Part shown: piece by piece, positions 10,215 to 25,310 of the stretch
How the letters are laid out: each line of letters opens with the position of its first letter
Numbering within the stretch: the first letter of the stretch is position 1
NCBI RefSeq assembly: GCF_964204645.1
Contig: NC_134025.1
Span: 17,955,101-18,019,100, forward strand
DNA length: 64,000 nt
Direction of reading: 5' to 3'
Source: Tubulanus polymorphus
Lineage: Eukaryota > Animalia > Nemertea
Made by a program: the position numbers and the translations under genes
The notes under the pieces: generated by a model
What the model was told of the DNA's origin: nothing
What the model saw: only the letters and a program-made list of their open reading frames with translations
Database searches by the model: none

Positions 10215-13200
10215 ATCACTACATCGGCAACACCTAATACAACTGGTTCTTTGAGGATTCAGCATACAAGGGATATATTAGGATGTATCGGTGAACAGTT
10301 TGTGGATGAGGAACGTTTCCAAGTTATGAATAATTTCTGGCATCCCACAGCTGATTATAAGTTTCCAAGACACAAAGATGGCAGCAAAAACAAATCTTTC
10401 CGTTGGGCTTGGCTCAATCAGTATCCATGGTTGATCTATTCTAAAGATGTTGATGGTGCATTCTGTCGCAGTTGTGTTCTTTTTGGCAAACCGAGTGAAA
10501 TTCGAGGTAAACAGCTGGAACGTCTGTATTCAGTTCCATATACTGATTGGAAGACTGCCAAAATTTGATAAGCACCAGGCATCAGCTACTCATCGAAAAT
10601 CTATGATCGATGAAAAAACTTCAGAATGTTCATGGAACAAACAAGCACTCCTGTAAACGTTCAGCTCGATAGTCTTCAGCAAGGGGTACTTCTAAAGTAC
10701 AAAACTACGAAATTAAGAAATATGAAACGAAATTACGAAATGCGAAAGTACGAAACGAAATACTATACGAAATGCTAAACTACGAAACGAAATGGTCATT
10801 TTTTCGCGGGTCCTGCTAAAGTATAAAATGTAATACGAAACGAAAATTTTGTAATTTTTGCGCTATAGCAGCGGAATCGTGGAGCTGGCTTAAACATGCG
10901 CACCCGGTCTAGTGTGGCAGGGTTCCGTGCCGCGATTCACCAAGAACCTTAGTGTCTGATGTATGGTTACACAGGATCGTAGAGCAACGTAGATACACTG
11001 TGGAGACAGCCACACTGCCAGGACTGGGTGAATGCCGCGACTGAGTTTAGCGATGCCATCAGGGAGAATGATCTGCGCATGCTCATATACAACTGGAAGG
11101 TAGCGATTAATAAATTACGGGTTAGAGAACGAAGTGTGCCTTAAAATATATCCTGCAGTGTAGGCTAAAAAATTGATACCTCGTTTCTCCTCTGCTGAGG
11201 AGCTTAAAAGTTGACCCGACCGGCCGCTAATCTACCCTGTACATTAATTTTTTCTGAGCTAAATGATCGATACTAGACAGGTTCAGATATGTCGGCCCGT
11301 GTCCAAGAACGGGATAATCCTATCGCGGTTACGAGCTCGGTGTCGCGTGAAGCGCTTGCCTTTCCTTTCTGCTACAGACAACCCCGCATAAGTCGTCATC
11401 GAAATAGTCGTATCATCACATCTCTCGTATAATTATTTTGGTCCCGATTTTTTTCTTCTTTAAACCTTATATAAAATAATGCTTATAACTCGTACTTTAT
11501 AAGTCGTATTTTCACGTAAGTCGTATCAAATATAAATTCCAAATCTTCTGATTTCATTCAAAATACCTCGCGCAAGTCGTAGCCCGATATGCCGGCAACA
11601 GATGAATCAAAAATACGCTACAATATTGTCTGTGTAAGTGTTTAGACTGTTAAAATGTAACTTTCTTGTGGTAGGGCACGATATATAGGACCTGCACGGT
11701 CAGCTCGGGATACGACTGGGCCGGGGACTAACCACGCTGGAACTTGAGAATCGTATATATCGTATTTTCACGGGTTATTCGCGGAATTCGTATAAAACCA
11801 CGAATTACAGATAACTCGTAAAAATATGACTTACACATAACTCGTACATCACGTAAGTCGTCGCAAAATCGTAAGTCCCGAGGGCTGCGACTTATGCGGT
11901 GTTGGCTGTATATCGGGCTAGTGACTAGCACTCTTGAGAGGGGCCGTGCATAAAGTACGTACGCTTTACTTCCGGGCATTTTTAACCCCACCCCTCCCCA
12001 TGTACGCTCTCTGTACGGTTTTCCATAACCCCCCCTTCCTTACGTACATACTTCAATGAATGACCCCCTCCCTGTAGATCCATGGCAAAATTCACCAGCA
12101 TTCATCAGAGGAGCTCCAACGACGATGTACCGTCGTATCGACGAAGTGAAAGACCGAGAGTGGGGAATTCCCAAGAATACTTCTACTCAATGAATACTCC
12201 CTCAAAGAAGGGTAAAGAAAAGAAAATTATAACATTCATAGGAATTTTTACAAAAAATTCAACTGCATGTATTTATTAGAAAAATTTTGGAAAAATACAA
12301 AATTACAGTTTTTTAATACAGAACCTGTATGAGCTGAAGAAAACAAAAATATAAAAGATATACATAAACACTCTGAGACAAGAAATTATGGTGGAAACAG
12401 GAGTGAACCAAGAAAATAAAGTAATTGACACATAAAAACATAAAATCTATCCATATTTGGAGACAAGAAGAGAACAACGGTGTATTGAGGAGAGCATCTT
12501 GACTAGGTACCTTCAGGAAAATAAAATTAAAATAGTTAAGAGAAATAGTCAAAATTCGTCATAGTAAATGTAAATTCACTTATGGATCAATTTGATCCTA
12601 GTGCACAGTTCATTTTGTGAAGCCTGAATTGTGTATGTAAGGAATAGCTCTCGACCCTCCGCCATAACGCCAATGAAATCATACAGTCCTATTCTACTCT
12701 TAGAAAAAACTTTCGTTATAAAACGCCAATGATGTTTCCCCCGTCTGTTATGTTAATAATTGATACATGTGGTCAGCAGTATCGCACTGTATCATTTATT
12801 TTCCATTATCAAAATGAAATAAACTAAGACCTTTACCCTGTCTGGATTTTGCAAGGGATGCGGATTCGAAAAGAAAATTCACGGCCGGAATTTTTTTCTA
12901 ATTGCTCGTCACTACGCTGTTAAGCGGTAAAAAGATCGTCATGTAGTCCATGTGTAGGGCCTATCATTTCACTATGCTTTACCGTGTCTGAGTTCGGGGA
13001 AATGGCGCAGCGTATTCATTATTTGTTTTTTGAGAACATCCTTCAAGTTTCTACTAATTGTAGACGTTCTTAAAACCCTCCAGTTTAAGAAAATAAATTC
13101 TTGAATATGGTACTTTCAAAAGATCATTTACATGCACCGCCGAGATTTTTACAGTCCCGTAGCGTTATAACGATCTTTGACCATAGTATGGGCGTGTGTT

Positions 13201-14750
13201 TGAAATGTGTCCATTTCGTTTCGTATTTCGGTTCGTATTATAGCACTTCTGGCAAAAAAATTTCCATTTCGTAATTTCGTAGTTTCTTAATTTCGTTTCG
13301 TTTCGTAATTTCGCTCCATATTTCGTAATTTCGTTTCATATTTCGTAATTTCGTAGTTTCGTACTTTAGCAGGACCCTTCAGCAAGAACGAATAGAAACC
13401 AACAGACAAATCTTGAAATCAGTTGTGGAGACTGTTGTTCTGTGTGGTAAGCAAAATCTACCTCTAAGGGGACACAGAGAATCGCAGAATTGAGATTAGA
13501 AATGGAATATTGTCGGGGTCAGTGTTACGATGCGCTGGAAATGTTGCTGGCAAACATTAGGGTATGGCTACATTAATAGTACAGGAGTTCCCTAAGGCTA
13601 TATACACGCACTGCGCTTCGCATCGATTGAATTTATGTCTTGTTGCCTCCTGTGAAATTCAAGTGGTAAGGAATATGCTGGACACCCTTGGAGAACTAAG
13701 TCGTTTCTTTTCATCTTCTTCAAAAAAATCAAGAACTGCTTTCAAGTACCATAGAATCTGTTGTTCCTGAAACAAAGAAGAAAAAATTACTAGACGTTTG
13801 TAAAACCCGATGGGTTCTGAGACTAGATGTGATGGAAACCTTTTCTGAGATATACAAGCCAGTTTTGATAACCTTACTGGAAATTGCTGAAAATGTTGGC
13901 CGTGAATGGAATCTAGAATCAGTGAAAAAAGCAAATGGCTTCTACCAAAATATTTCTAATTTTCACTTCATAATGGCATTTGTTGTTACTCGTGAGGTGT
14001 TTCAGCTGACCCCTAGAACACTGAGAAATAGCCTTGCAACACTGCGTGGCAATATTGATGCAAACCACCTTGTGTGGCACCAGCAAACATCCTCAATAAC
14101 CGAATCACTCGACGTCCCCATAACCAAGCCAAGAACGTGTGGCCGGCAACGTACCAGAGAGAATACACCAGCAGACACTGTGGAGGAGTACTACAAAAGG
14201 ATACTCTCTATTCCTGTAATTGATCATCTCGTCCAGCAGTTGGACGACCGGTTCTTCCAAGCGGGACAGGAAGACATTATAAATGGTTTTTCTATTTAAC
14301 CAACATTTGTGGTGTCTACTAGTACTGAAAGTAATCGGAAGGAGAAATTCTTGCAGTTTTGTAAAAGATATGCTGAGGATTTGCCAGCTCATGGTGCCAT
14401 TAATGGTAAACTATTGCTATGGGAAACTAATTGGAAGCAAAATGATCTAGACAATTTACCTGGAGGTTTGAGAGTTCTTCTCCCTTCAGTGGATGGTACT
14501 TTGTTTCCAAACATCTTAACGGCACTGAGAATTTTAGGAAATATACCAGTTACAACCTGCCAATGCGAGCGATCTATTTCAGCTCTCCATAGAATAAAAT
14601 CATATATGCGCACAACAATGTCGCATGATGGATCAAATGGACTTGCTCTTATGACTGCCAACTATGACATACCCATTGATATTGAAGCTGTCATTGATGA
14701 CTTCGCAAGACGGAATAGAAGGAGAATGGTGTTAGACAACGTATTTGAAT
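10215..14750 (+). pseudogene. hAT transposase pseudogene (TTF zinc finger, ZMYM1/PRKRIR-like), split by an insertion
   Basis: WLNQYPWLIYSKDVDGAFCRSCVLF, then after the insertion LCGKQNLPLRGHRES, AIYTHCASHRLNL, CKTRWV and PVTTCQCERSISALHRIKSYMRTTM (dimerisation domain). Multiple frameshifts. Confidence 0.88.
10684..13377. mobile_element. Non-autonomous Mutator/foldback-like element
   Basis: Perfect 9-bp TSD TTCAGCAAG (10675-10683, 13378-13386). Long TIRs GGGT(A/C)CT(T/G)CTAAAGTAC... built of TACGAAA repeats. A solo related end occurs at ~22425-22578. Confidence 0.85.
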
Positions 14751-15789
14751 GTAGAGTCTGTTTTATGTACTGTACGTAAACTCAGTCCAAAAACGATACT
14801 TGATCTGAATCTGATCGATTTTTTTATGTTTTAAAATCCGTCTTGCTGTTTTTTTTTACTTTTGCAATTTTACTGAGTGGGACATCATTGTAACAAACCC
14901 TATGCAATGATGAACATTCATTTCATTCTTCCGTAGTTTATGAATAGGTTCCACTGTATGGTTAGTCTGTACATAGTTAGGGTTTTCTGTTTCTTCACAG
15001 AAAACCCTATTGAAATTCGCGTGATTATTATTATTTTTTCCCTTTTCCACATAGTTTTTGTTAAAAGTGTAAGGGCTTCCTTACCTTACCGCTGTCGCGG
15101 ATACAATCCGTATGATATCCTTCAGCTCACTTCAATCTCCAGATACTGCATGGGAATTTTGATAAATCCACGTTATAAAGGCACTGTCGAGCCGTAAACA
15201 TCGGAAAATTGGCTCCGTTCAATTAGTAGCCATGTTGTGTTTTCTTTCCGACATTTCTCTCTTCTTTTCGAGGAAGAGCTATCGAATAATTCCCTCTCTT
15301 CTCCACAATCAATTTCAAAGTCAATTTTATGAATTTATTGCTCAGCGGGTCCGAGTCCAATAGTTTACGAGTCCGGCGTTCGCGTGTCTGACGGGTTTAC
15401 GGGCATTTGTTTGTTACCTCTTTAATATTTTTGATTTCTTGTTATTCCGGTTATTTCATTTAAGTATATTTCTGATCAGTTCATTAACCAAAAGCGACAA
15501 TAAACAGATTTTGAATTGATCAAGTTTAAATCAAGGTCGTTGAGTCGCGGATGGCTACTAGAATTACGTTCGTCTCAGAGAGAAACAAACGACAGAAAAG
15601 TATCAGGTGATTATCGATAGCCTACTACGGTACACACAGTTGACAAACAGTGTTAGGCCTGTGCCGGTTGGTGCGTACTGGGACTAAATATACTGGTTGG
15701 TCAGTTGGTTCGGCTGTGAAGTGTGGTAGCTAAGAAAGCCTACCGCAGTACCGGTATTTATTTGTATAGGCCTATTATATAGTAGCCAA

Positions 15790-17290
15790 TACCAACAACG
15801 TAGTTGTTTCCCGTACGTGACTGTATGGTGATCTCCACAGGTTAACCGTACGTGAGTTCCCTACTAACGTCGTACGTGAGTTTCTAGTAGCCAATACCAT
15901 TTTTTTAAGTACGAAGTTGTTACCCGTACGTGACTGTACGGTGATATCCACAGGTTAACCGTACGTGAGTTCCCTAAAAACGCCGTACGTGAGTTCCTAT
16001 AATCTGCAAACGCGCATGCGTGAAAGAATAGAGTTTGGGTTAGGTGAGGCTAGGCTATTTGTAAATCAAATTTCATCCACCCTGCAGTTACGTTCTGTGG
16101 CACAGTGGGTAAATCACTGGACTACAACTGGATTTTTTGGTTTACCTTTGTTAGCGATATAAAGTTGGCATTGAGCCAATTTCATGTAAAATCGCGGTAC
16201 GTTTTTTTTTATGTGAGCATTTGTTTCATTGGTTCTCGGGTTAAACGTTTAATCGATGCGCTTGAAGACATGACGAACCTCCGTCGATGTACATGGTCAA
16301 CTTTGTTAAAATTCTACGATAAACTGTTTTTGGCGGGAAAATTCTTAGCTCTCGCATATAAAAGTGCGATGACCTCGATTGGAGGGCGTTGTCTCTACGA
16401 GCGAATGTGATTGGCTGTTTTTGGGATATACGGGGAATTCCGGCGCTACTAAAATAATTATGGGAAAGCCATAGCATGGCGAACGTTTCATTGGACTAGG
16501 TGCCGTATACGAGCAAATTTCAAATGCTCATTGCTGATGAGAATGTAATTATTATCCGCCATAGGTATTGTTTCATTTTAATACCCGGTGATTGATTTGA
16601 TTGACACTGAAGTGCAAGCGAACATTCACTTACACAAGGCCTCCACGTGCGCGCGGATTGCTATAATAGACTGTTGCATAGGCCTACACAAACACACGCT
16701 CGTACAGTATACACTACTAGACGCTGCTTGCTGGCGCGTCTGACATTTCATCAACAGAAGATGAGCGCTATGTTTTCTGTTTGATATAATTTATAATAAA
16801 TTGTAATTTCTTGTGACCTGAAAATATTAAGCAGCAATATTCCGCGGCCATACGTTGGAAGAAGTTTCCGAGACTAAATATTCAGCCACCCTCTGATATG
16901 TGACATCATATGAATTTTATTTGAATATTTTTTCATATTGTGAAAAATATTTCTTTGAAAATATAATATAGTTTCCCTGCCGCGCCTACCTGTACCCTAC
17001 GAAATGTATATATTTGGTCTTATTTCACTACAAAATAATTCTTTGAGAAAGATGAAATACAATATAGGCCTAGAACTTTGAAGTCACGAATTCACGAATT
17101 AAAAAGATTTTTCAAGCAATGCCCTTACCCCAAACAACCTCTGGCTTTCAAGGTAAACCACACTTTGCCCATGGGCAATTTATTTTTCGTTTGGTTTCGA
17201 ATCCCAATATTGCAAGTCTGAGCGTCAAAGTACTCACATACGGTTAACCTGTAGAAATCACCATACAGTCACGTACAGGTAACAACAGCG
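15790..17290. repeat. Possible TIR element nested in the hAT
   Basis: A ~100-bp unit (CCGTACGTGACTGTATGGTGATCTCCACAGGTTAACCGTACGTGAG) is duplicated at 15790-15990 and inverted at ~17232-17285. Confidence 0.5.
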
Positions 17291-17374
17291 TTTTAAGTAT
17301 TAAGTGAGTACGACAAGCCTACCATGCCTATGTAGTACAAGCCCAACTTTTTCCCTCTCGTTTGCCCTACAGTG

Positions 17375-18935
17375 ATGTTACTATAAACTGGTGCAATTAT
17401 AACATGGATAGGATTTGGTCAGGACTAGCCTAAAGTCTAATTCAGTCTATGTACTAATTCACTCGATAGGCCTATTTTTAAAACAATACAGTGAAGTATT
17501 CACACGCAGAAAGGCTAATTGATTTGAGCCATGTGATTAAATTTGGCCAGGCCTTCTCTGACCTGCTGAAATTAATAGTCAAACCAAAAGGTTCATGTGG
17601 TCACGGCTTGTACACCAGAAATCATTGTAGGCCTGTACATTTTGCTGTTCGTAGGTTTGGTATACCGATTTCTCCATTCTTGACTGATAAGTGTACGGTA
17701 CAGCTGTACGCATTATACAATTGTTCCAATGGGAATAGGGCCTATTGATTGGGCTTATTATTTCCTGCTTTAGAATACTGAAATAAGCCCAACGTTCATT
17801 CAAATATCCAACATCGGTGAAAGTTTGATTACTGTATACATGTACTGTAGGTTTTCATGTTGTATGAATATTTTGCAGTTCAAATGGGTATGATGCTGAT
17901 TCCAATGTCAAACGCATGCAGTTAGATGGTCAAGGACAGTCAACACCAAGATATCTCTCTTCGACCGATGTTGCACCATAGAAGATCTGATTCTTTCAAC
18001 TCAAGGAAGTGATTCAACACGATCGACATAACACTGGAATAGGTTTGCAGTAACTAACGGTTCATTTCATTTAGTCCTATGTACTTTTTAGCCAATTTGG
18101 ATGTGATTGTAATTGAAACTCTGGAACTGTTAACAAAAGACAAGTTGAAAAAACAAGTTATGCTTGATTCTCATGTTCAAATTTAATTCAAATTCAAATT
18201 TATTTTATTTCATCATATTTACAAAGCATATCATTGGTTCATACAGTAATAAAAATTAGGACAGAACAAATATTATTACAGAATTTCCAAAAAGGCAATG
18301 AATTTCTATAATTAAATGAACATTATTTTTCTAATAACTCAGATCAAGAGTGACTCTCCCGTTTATTAGGAAACACACGCAACTAGTGGAATAGGTTTGA
18401 TTTACACACATGTTGCAGGTATCAATTGTTTATCACTGTAGAATTATAATCCATAAAAGCCAAAATCAACATCAGCCGGAAACCCAGACCAGATCAATTC
18501 ATAATTTATTGATTGAATCTACACTACAATATATGTGTTTATTCAAATATTTCGATAAAAACATCAACTTCTTAAATCTATTCTAAATCATAATACGTTC
18601 TTATCTGTAAATTCACTCAATCTATCGACTCAGCAGGTGCTTAAGATGAGTTCTTAATAGGACAGATCCATTTTTAAGCGTGGTGATAATACAGTATCAT
18701 GATGTTTGAATGCCAAAATAAATGCCTGGTCAAATAAATTAATATTTGTTGATTGTACGTCCGCGTATGTTCGGTTTCAAAGCTGATTCATATTTGACGT
18801 TTACACAGTGGTAGCATATTAGGTTCGAATCTGTCAATGCATTTTATTCTATGTATCGATATTCCAATTTACTACAATTCCCATCTTTCTGAATGGCTTT
18901 GCAGAAAACCCGTCATCGCTGCTTGGCAGCTATAT
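17375..18935 (+). repeat. ~1.55-kb repeat, inverted copy at 32988-34560
   Basis: Near-identical reverse complement checked at both ends and at internal points. Confidence 0.88.
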
Positions 18936-20149
18936 TTAATATTTTTTTCAGAAATTTAAAGCAGCCTGTTTATGGATATCCTAGATAAATTTCATGTCAT
19001 TTACAGGTATTCAGCGAAACAGTTCTATACGTTGCGTTATATGGTATAATTCTATGAATTGCATAACCTTAATTTAGTGAATCAGTATTGAGGAAAACCG
19101 TTTTGTGCAATTGGTATGCTATTAATTTACTCGTTTTTCTGAAGGCTTGTCTGGTTGAGAAGGGACTATTGTTACATGAATTAATTTCATGTCACCAAAT
19201 GTCAGGCAATTAGAAATGGTGCACTACAGCAGTATTGATAGAATAGATAATATGAAAAATGTGTTGATTCTATAAAGATTTTAATTTCTTTAATTTGTTT
19301 TTGCTAATACCTTACCTTGTCTCAGATTAAGATATTTGTCTCTCAGTATTACTATTTTGTTGAATCATGGAAATTTGATTTTCGTTAAGTATATTTTATG
19401 ATTTGAACTTCAAATGAATTTCATCTGTTTTTATTTGAAAAGCGTCTGTATCACCATTCTCAAATTCATGCCAGAATATTTTTCATTTCTCGATACAAGT
19501 AGTGAAATTACGTGAAATAAAAATAGGTTCAGTATCATAATAATCATCTTTAGTTGTTGTTTCATTTATGTCCACATATATTTTACCCTTACATGCATCA
19601 GATTTACTCAGCAGGACTCAATAGACCATAAAAAACATTGAGGACTTTTATCTTATTACATATTTTTTTGCTATTTTAATGCCACAGTTGCTCTGGTAGG
19701 GCTTAAAATTTTACAAACGTCTTGGGGAGGGCCAACCCTTGGTGGCTTTGCCCCTTCGGTGCTCGTCTCGTCGTTGTAATACAAATTTGGACAGGTGCCC
19801 TCTTGAATGAGTGCTACCCCTTAAATTTGGGCCTGGATCCGCCCCTGTATACGATGTAGTTTCTTTGAAAGTTGATTATTGCATTGTAGTACTCTATTTA
19901 GAACTATAGGGTGTAATTGTAATGGTATAAGTAGGGTTTTTTCTTTTTTTCGTTAGGTTGTATTCTTGATTGTATGATATGATCTCTGAGTTACCATGTG
20001 ATGTTGACGTGCTACTTATTTGTTGGTTCTGTCAGATATTGTAATCGGTTTTTAGAAGATGCGCGAAAGGGATTAACCCTTTCTTTTTTGGTTCTTAGGT
20101 GGGATCTGAGTAGTATTGTTTGATTTGTTGCAAATTGAAGGTCCGAATT

Positions 20150-20663
20150 GGGGGGCCGGGATGGTGCACGCTTATTGTTCGGACGGGCGTCCACCTCGCG
20201 GTCCGGAGTCTGTGTCTTAGTTTAGTTCAGTTGTTTTACGTGTGCCTAGCGTATCCCGTTGCGGGTTTCTTAGTTTAGTTCTTCAGTATGTTGCCGCAAC
20301 GTTGTCGGTGAGTTGGTTGATTTAATTTGGTTATTATTAGTCTCTGTTTATGTGTGTTAGATTTAAAGTGATTAGAAATTAGTTTATTGAGTTTTTTACT
20401 TAGTTTCTGACTTAGCGTTAGCCTCCTAGTCAAAGTGGCATGTGAAGGGGAAGCACCGAATGGTGCCTGTGGCAATATCAAAGTTTTTAATGCATGTTAT
20501 TTTTGTATCGTTTTTTTGTAGTTAATCATATCTGATCGCAGTAATCGAAGCAATAAATTCAGGGCAAGTTCAGAGAGATATAACGACGTTGTGGTTGTTG
20601 TTTTCTCAGTTGTATGTCGCAGTATCGTAACGTGGATAGAGGAATTTTTAGTCTAGCTCTACA
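20150..20663 (+). mobile_element. Polypurine tract and 3' LTR of the BEL/Pao element
   Basis: GGGGGGCCGGGA followed by TG at 20162, AATAAA at ~20552, ending ...CTACA at 20663. Confidence 0.55.
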
Positions 20664-23600
20664 TTAAATGTTACTTGAACGGCACTAGCCTTAATAATAT
20701 CATAGATGATGAAATGCTCACTAATTTTGACCCACCTTATATTGTGACCTGCCCCAGGATAACTTTTAAATTCGGAGCTTAATGTGTTACAATTAAATAT
20801 GCATATGGCCTACAGCAAACTTGATGAGTTAAAACTTATACAATTGTATTAAAACAATTCTAGTAAAAGAATTCGATATGAACTTGATATTACTCTGTGA
20901 AACATTTATAGCTGATTTTACTGCTAATCTTTGTCATATACCAAAACATTTTATTGGAATTCAAAAAAAAACCCGGTCGTTGTGGAGAAACAAGGTTTTC
21001 ATTTTTGTTATCCTGTTCGTAATGACGTCATGTTGTCTCCTAGGTCAGTCGATTTCGTGCCGTTCACTTTTCTCCGTAACAACAAAAATTATAGCCTTTT
21101 CGCAGTATACAACTTATTTGTACTATTGAATGATGGATCAAGTTCATTGCGCTGTTCCATAATTCCGTCATTTGATGTAAAAAACATATACAAGATTCCT
21201 TGAAAAGTTATGGCTAGACTATGGCACATATTATCGGCACGGCACTGCTATGTCGAGCGCGCTGACGTAATTATGGAAAACCCGCACTCTAATTGGTTGT
21301 TTTGGGAATGCCAGCGCTTTTGACGTATTTAAGGGAAACCAGGCTATGATTGGTTGTTACTAGGATGATGTGTAAGAGGCTAGCACGCGCGCCGCCGATG
21401 TATGAGAGAGCTGTTCATAATATCATCACTGAATGCTGACTGCTGCGTGCATAAAAACGTACTATATATAGCAGACACGAGGTATTACACTGACGCGCGC
21501 GTCTATACCAATGTATTATCTTGCCGCTGTGAGTTGATGAAATAAGCAAATAATGTAAGAATAACATCGGGAAATGATTTTTATTTTTAGTCCTGCCGTA
21601 CACTCAGCCTATTGATATACAAATGGAGCGAATTTAATTGACCAGACTGTGGTTTCCAGATGAAAGGCTTTTTCACTGTGCAACCTGGGCATATATTCAT
21701 GATACATGAAATCGTGCATTCAAGCGTGCGTGCCGAATTTTGAGAAAGGGCCTCGTCGGCTTAGCCTTGATATGCAAATTAGCCAAGTGCACGAATTGCA
21801 AATTCAATAAAATTTTAATCCACAAAAATGTCAAATCCATGTCAATTTTACTTTATTGAGCAAAAAATTCAAATTCACCGAATTCCATTTTATTTTATTC
21901 TACATTCAAATGTATTCACTAGACGATCGGTAAAGATTTATCTGAGGTATTCGTTCGTGCCAGCCCCAGTGTTTCTGTTAGTACTGTTACTTATAAAACA
22001 CAGCCAGTCTAATGAAAAACGATCTTCGTCATTCAAACCTACCAGGGCAGAAGAACCGACCACATGTTTGAAGTTTCCTAGTTTAGCCTCAGGCTTCATT
22101 TTTGGTTTCCTGGAAACCTTCACTATGCATCTACTCAGATCAGGTGACTTTCTTGTTCTATAAGGCGAGTCATGTTGTTTGATCCACGATGGAGGAAATG
22201 AAATAACGACACACAATACAGATTCTGGTGTATATTCATCATGTCAACTTTGGGACCGTCTCAAAATGTAAATAGGCTAAACACCTTCCAGTTTTTAAGA
22301 ACATAAATTCTTGATTACTTTCAAAAGATCGATGACATGTGCCGCCAAAGTGTTGACAGTTCCGTGGCGTTATAACGAGCTTTGACGGCATGGACGTGTT
22401 TGAAATATAACCATTTTGTTTCACATTTCGTTTCGTACTATAACACTACTCGCAAAAATTCACATTTCGTAATTTCGTTTCGCCTTTCGTAATTACGTAG
22501 TTCCGTAATTACGCTTCAAATTACGTAATTTCATTTCATATTTGGTAATTTCGTTGTTTCGTACTTCAGCAGGACCCGGGGCTCACAAACAAGGTTAAAT
22601 CTATTTCCCAGACGTGGGTCTGAGGCGTAATGGCGTCATGAGACTGATGACATCATCACATTGATTTCTAAGGTCGTGTGGAGCTTGCCAAAAATATCGA
22701 ATAACTACATTAGGGATCTGAAGGATTTACTATCTATAGTGAAAATGAAGAAATTCCGTGTTTTTGGAAAATTCCGCGATATGACAACACCGCGTTCTGA
22801 TCTATAGAGATGCACTACGTGTATTTGGTGTTGTATCTATTATGGGAGAACTATTCTATGCAGAATGATTTTCTAGATTTTTTATCAATAATATAGATTA
22901 AATATCAAATGTTCGATAAATTATTTTTGTCTTTTTGATTGATTGATTGATTGATTGGTGCCACTGTTTTTGTTTTGGGTTCTTTGAAATAAGCCCCTGG
23001 ATCCACTGAAATTCTTGTTGGAATTACCCCTTCCCCCAAGTGGAGCCGAAGAGTGGTAGGAGCTCGCCTACAGGAGCTGTGCGAATGATGTTGACGGAAG
23101 ACATATTAGACAAGCAATAAATTGACGAAAGAAACTTTGACAAATTTCATTCATTTTACGCTTAGTGTTCAATGGGAACACGTTCTCTCTTGACAGAGAC
23201 TCGAACCCAATCGCACAGCATGGATACGTCATTGATGACGTATTCGTATAGTGACATCAAGTTCGCCTCGACACCTCGGACCAACGTCTAGGATATAGAT
23301 CTAACCCAAAAAACAACCGTGAAAAGGGTACGCACCTGCTCTCTGGCATGCAGCGCTCCTACGATCCTGGGGGATGATGGGATCAGTGAGCAGTGATCAT
23401 GACAGTTTAGCATCAGACGTTGTAGGGGAACCCGTAACAACAACAGGTAAACATTCAGACTACACAATGAGCCTAGGCTCATAGGCGCCTAATGATAGCT
23501 TTTCGGGAGAATGAAACTTGATGATTGGAAGGTTGTCACAAAGCTATTGGTAGCTAGGGGTCAGAGACAGTAGTGTGATCTGCGTGCTTTTTCTCTATCA

Positions 23601-24177
23601 AGGAAATGACTAATTAAATAGGCAAACGATTCCTTCATCATCCTACACACAGTGAGCTATGTTTGGCATAAATTCTCAAACCCAAAGCATACGTGTCCCT
23701 GTGCCACAAAAATGCGTACAAAGCTGAACTAAACTGATCTGTTAGCTGTGATTCAATTTCGGTTAATTTTTCTCTTTGGTAAACATTTTCAGAGAAATAA
23801 TCATGAGTCCGAGGCACCAGGATAGGCCTTATACATAAAGAGCCATGAATTCACAGGACAGAATCCATTGGTTGACTTTGGGACGTGTCGGAAAACAAAA
23901 ATACGAAAGACGTCGTATACTGCGTATTTTAATAGTTTTTTGACGCCATAAAAACTGTTACAAAATGTTTATATATATTGGTACCTACGATGTTTTATTT
24001 TGATCATATGTGCTCTATTCCGGTTTCGGTGTTTTGCGCTTTCTGTTAACGTACTTTTCATTATATTACAACCCTGTCCAAGGTTGTTGTACCATTTCTA
24101 TTGATATTTGTTTGAAAAAATGGCAATTAAAAAGTTTTGCTTCAAATTGTGAGTTCTAATTATGACCGTCAAATGTG

Positions 24178-25310
24178 CGGTGTTGTCATATCGCGGAAAG
24201 ACGGAATCGCGGAATTTTCTAAAAACGCGGAATTTCTTCATTTTAACTAAAAATAGTAAACGGGTTTTCCCACGGGGATACCCACTGTCGGACAGGGCAT
24301 CGGACCCAGGTTTTCAACACCGGGAATTAGTATTTGATAATTTATTATATCGCCAGTCAACAACTTAACGATACTGTTCCAAATAATGTAGAACCTAGGC
24401 AATACGTGCTTTGCGAATTTAGTGATACAGAGTATCGCTGCATTAACTGAAGGAATACAAATCAATGGTACGTAAACGTAGGATTTGTGATGACACCATG
24501 GGTCATTCTCCAGGACTCGGTTCCGAGTTAAGATTTGACTCTGGTCTCTGGATTTAAAACATTGGAAATGAATTGATTCTAAGTAACTCAGAGTTAACTC
24601 ACAACTGTGGAACTGGATCGATGTCAGACGAAAATAAATAGACATTATGTAAATTTCATTCTGGCTTAGGATTGTTCATGCGTGTTGTGTGTCTACATTG
24701 TTGTTATAAGCGAATGTGGTTTATCTTTTAGAATTAAATGATATGAAAGATTATAAAATGGTTTCGTTTTTTTAATGTTTTCTTTGTGACTGCTATAACA
24801 TATATGTTCCTATGCTGATTATTTGGATCAAAAGAATCTTATTGGTACCGGTACTGGACGAATTTGACGAAGGAATTTGAACCGGTACTTGTTTGGTCGT
24901 AGGATTTCATGTTTGCAACAGTCTACAACTACGGTCCGACACCGCGAACGTGCTCAATATTTATCTGATAATATTCGTTTCGGAAGTTCTCAAAAAGTCG
25001 ATGAACTTCGATAACCGAAGTTAGCCCAGTAGAGATAGACATTAGGTGCCTGGTCTCTTTCACCCCACTTGATTCTGACTTCTTCTACAGGTGGCAGCCA
25101 GTCAACGGTATCGTAATATAATAATTCCTTATAAAATTGCCTGCAAATAATGGGACTCGAACCTAACTCGTTGCATCAATCGGTCCGGTGCCCTGTCCGA
25201 CAGTGGGTATCCCCGTGGGAAAACCCGTTTTCTATTTATAGTAAAAATGAAGAAATTCCGCGTTTTTGGAAAATTCCGCGATTCCGTCTTTCCGCGATAT
25301 GACAACACCG
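24178..25310. mobile_element. Non-autonomous element with ~130-bp TIRs (possibly MULE-like)
   Basis: CGGTGTTGTCATATCGCGGAAAGACGGAATCGCGGAATTTT... inverted at both ends. Flanks TCAAATGTG / TCAAACGTC match at 7 of 9 (possible TSD). Confidence 0.6.

Larger units (their letters stand above)
8808..19847 (+). mobile_element. hAT transposon (~11 kb including nested insertions) inserted in the BEL 3' region
   Basis: TIRs CAGGGGCGGATAC / GATCCGCCCCTG, with TATAC repeated on both flanks (partial TSD). Contains a hAT transposase pseudogene. Confidence 0.8.
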
